Positions 28,001 to 29,035 of a stretch of DNA of 29,035 bases are shown here, in pieces (position 1 is the first letter of the stretch; every line of letters starts with the position of its first letter). Source of the stretch: a virus (Duplodnaviria; Heunggongvirae; Uroviricota; Caudoviricetes); the IMG/VR virus record IMGVR_UViG_2706794693_000005; one strand, given 5' to 3'. The position numbers were made by a program, and so were the translations under genes. The notes beneath the pieces were generated by a model, which worked only from the letters and a program-made list of their open reading frames with translations, was not told the DNA's origin and did not search any database.

Positions 28001-28585
28001 CCATCGGCATTTTCCCTGACTCCGGACGGAAAGCTGACCGCTAAAAATGCGGATATCAGTGGCAGTGTGAATGCGAACGCCGGGACGCTCAACAATGTCA
28101 CGGTAAATGAAAACTGTACGATTAAGGGCATGCTGGAGGCGACTCAGGTCAGAGGTGACTTCGTTAAAGCTGTATCCAAATCATTTCCGAAACAGGCTGG
28201 TACGTGGGGTAACACGGAAACACCAAACGGGACGGTTACAGTCACCATAAGCGATGATCATAACTTTGACCGCCAGATTATTATTCCGCCCATTATTTTT
28301 AACGGTATAGCGTATGACGATCCGGGGAGCGGAAATAACCCAGGAGGCACGCGATACACGGGTTATGGTTTTGAAGTTCGCAAAAACGGCGTATTAATCG
28401 CATCCAGAGAAACTAAAGGGGCCATTCCCGGTAGTTACAGTGCAGTTATTGATATGCCTAGTGGTGGTGGTAGCGTCACTCTGGAGTTTAAGATTTTCCA
28501 GAAAGGCAATCAGGGGGCAGGCAATATCACCGACTGTACGGTGATTGTGACCAAAAAAGCGGCTTCCGGCATCAGTATTCGTTGA
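25088..28585 (+). CDS. J: host specificity / central tail fibre protein J
   Basis: 1165 aa; GAGGAA SD; N-terminal and central regions match the recalled lambda gpJ pattern and fibronectin-type repeats. 61-nt I-J spacing identical to lambda. The last ~150 codons are compositionally distinct. Confidence 0.9.
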   Translation: MGKGSSKGHTPREAKDNLKSTQLLSVIDAISEGPVEGPVDGLKSVLLNSTPVLDSEGNTNISGVTVVFRAGEQEQSPPEGFESSGSETVLGTEVKYDTPITRTITSANIDRLRFTFGVQALVETTSKGDRNPSEVRLLVQIQRNGGWVTEKDITIKGKTTSQYLASVVVDNLPPRPFNIRMRRMTPDSTTDQLQNKTLWSSYTEIIDVKQCYPNTALVGVQVDSEQFGSQQVSRNYHLRGRILQVPSNYNPQTRQYSGIWDGTLKPAYSNNMAWCLWDMLTHPRYGMGKRLGAADVDKWALYVIGQYCDQSVPDGFGSTEPRITCNAWLTTQRKAWDVLSDFCSAMRCMPVWNGQTLTFVQDRQSDKVWAYNRSNVVMPDDGAPFRYSFSALKDRHNAVEVNWIDPDNGWETATELVEDTQAIVRYGRNVTKMDAFGCTSRGQAHRAGLWLIKTELLETQTVDFSVGAEGLRHVPGDVIEICDDDYAGIRTGGRVLAVNSQTRTLTLDREITLPSSGTTLISLVDGQGNPVSVEVQSVTDGVKVKVSRVPDGVAEYSVWGLKLPTLHQRLFRCVSIRENDDGTYAITAVQHVPEKEAIVDNGAHFDGDQSGTVNGVTPPAVQHLTAEVTADSGEYQVLARWDTPKVVKGVSFLLRLTVTADDGSERLVSTARTTETTYRFTQLALGNYRLTVRAVNAWGQQGDPASVSFRIAAPAALSRIELTPGYFQITATPHLAVYDPTVQFEFWFSEKRIADIRQVETTARYLGTALYWIAASINIKPGHDYYFYIRSVNTVGKSAFVEAVGQPSDDASGYLDFFKGEIGKTHLAQELWTQIDNGQLAPDLAEIRTSITDVSNEITQTVNKKLEDQSAAIQQIQKVQVDTNNNLNSMWAVKLQQMQDGRLYIAGIGAGIENTPDGMQSQVLLAADRIAMVNPANGNTKPMFVGQGDQIFMNDVFLKRLTAPTITSGGNPSAFSLTPDGKLTAKNADISGSVNANAGTLNNVTVNENCTIKGMLEATQVRGDFVKAVSKSFPKQAGTWGNTETPNGTVTVTISDDHNFDRQIIIPPIIFNGIAYDDPGSGNNPGGTRYTGYGFEVRKNGVLIASRETKGAIPGSYSAVIDMPSGGGSVTLEFKIFQKGNQGAGNITDCTVIVTKKAASGISIR

Positions 28586-28607
28586 AATATTTATAACCCC
28601 AATAAAT

Positions 28608-28631
28608 GGCGTCAGGAATGACGCCTTTTTT
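28608..28631 (+). terminator. rho-independent terminator downstream of J
   Basis: ggcgtca-ggaa-tgacgcc followed by TTTTTT. Confidence 0.65.
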
Positions 28632-28655
28632 ATTGCAGAAAAGCGAGAGGTAATT

Positions 28656-29035
28656 ATGCGTAAAGTTTGTGCCGCCATTTTGTCCGCAGCCATTTGTCTG
28701 GCCGTATCCGGTGCGCCTGCATGGGCGTCTGAACATCAGTCCACGCTGAGCGCGGGGTATCTTCATGCCCGGACCAACGTTCCCGGCAGTGATGATCTGA
28801 ACGGGATTAACGTGAAATACCGTTATGAGTTTACGGATACGCTGGGGCTGGTGACGTCATTCAGCTATGCAGGAGACAAGAATCGCCAGCTGACCCGTTA
28901 CAGCGATACCCGCTGGCATGAAGATTCCGTGCGTAACCGCTGGTTCAGCGTGATGGCGGGGCCGTCTGTGCGCGTGAATGAATGGTTCAGCGCGTATGCG
29001 ATGGCGGGTGTGGCTTACAGCCGTGTGTCGACTTT
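28656..29035 (+). CDS. lom: Lom/Ail-family outer-membrane beta-barrel protein (3' truncated by window end)
   Basis: ATG at 28656 after a GAGAGG SD; signal peptide MRKVCAAILSAAICLAVSGAPAWA, then alternating aromatic beta-strand pattern (SAGYLHARTN..., VKYRYEF..., SFSYAGD...). Same position as lom downstream of J in lambda. Confidence 0.8.
   Translation, partial: MRKVCAAILSAAICLAVSGAPAWASEHQSTLSAGYLHARTNVPGSDDLNGINVKYRYEFTDTLGLVTSFSYAGDKNRQLTRYSDTRWHEDSVRNRWFSVMAGPSVRVNEWFSAYAMAGVAYSRVST

Overview
This window is the late-gene half of a lambdoid, Rac-like enterobacterial prophage, with every supported gene on the + strand. Gene order: end of the nin region (hypothetical protein, YbcO-like Cys-rich putative nuclease, Q-type antiterminator), a tR' terminator, an AT-rich cassette encoding two TolA-domain-III-like lipoproteins with its own promoter and terminator, a phage-21-type lysis cassette (pinholin, SAR endolysin, Rz with embedded Rz1), the trkG potassium-uptake gene, a ParB-like nuclease-domain protein plus a GT-A-like (DxD) protein, terminase small and large subunits, head genes, tail genes including a G/GT frameshift chaperone and tape measure, lambda-like M-L-K-I-J, a terminator, and lom (cut by the window end). 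The element is mosaic: Rz/Rz1 and M-L-K-I-J look near-identical to phage lambda from memory, while the holin/endolysin and head genes do not. Five runs of N (2001-2255, 4319-4598, 5260-5517, 11541-11691, 23669-23864) hide sequence and interrupt the endolysin, trkG start, portal and L/K junction. The two candidates most worth follow-up are the TolA-III-mimic lipoprotein pair and the ParB-like/GT-A-like pair upstream of the terminase. All homology statements are from reading the translations and recalled reference sequences; no database search was run.
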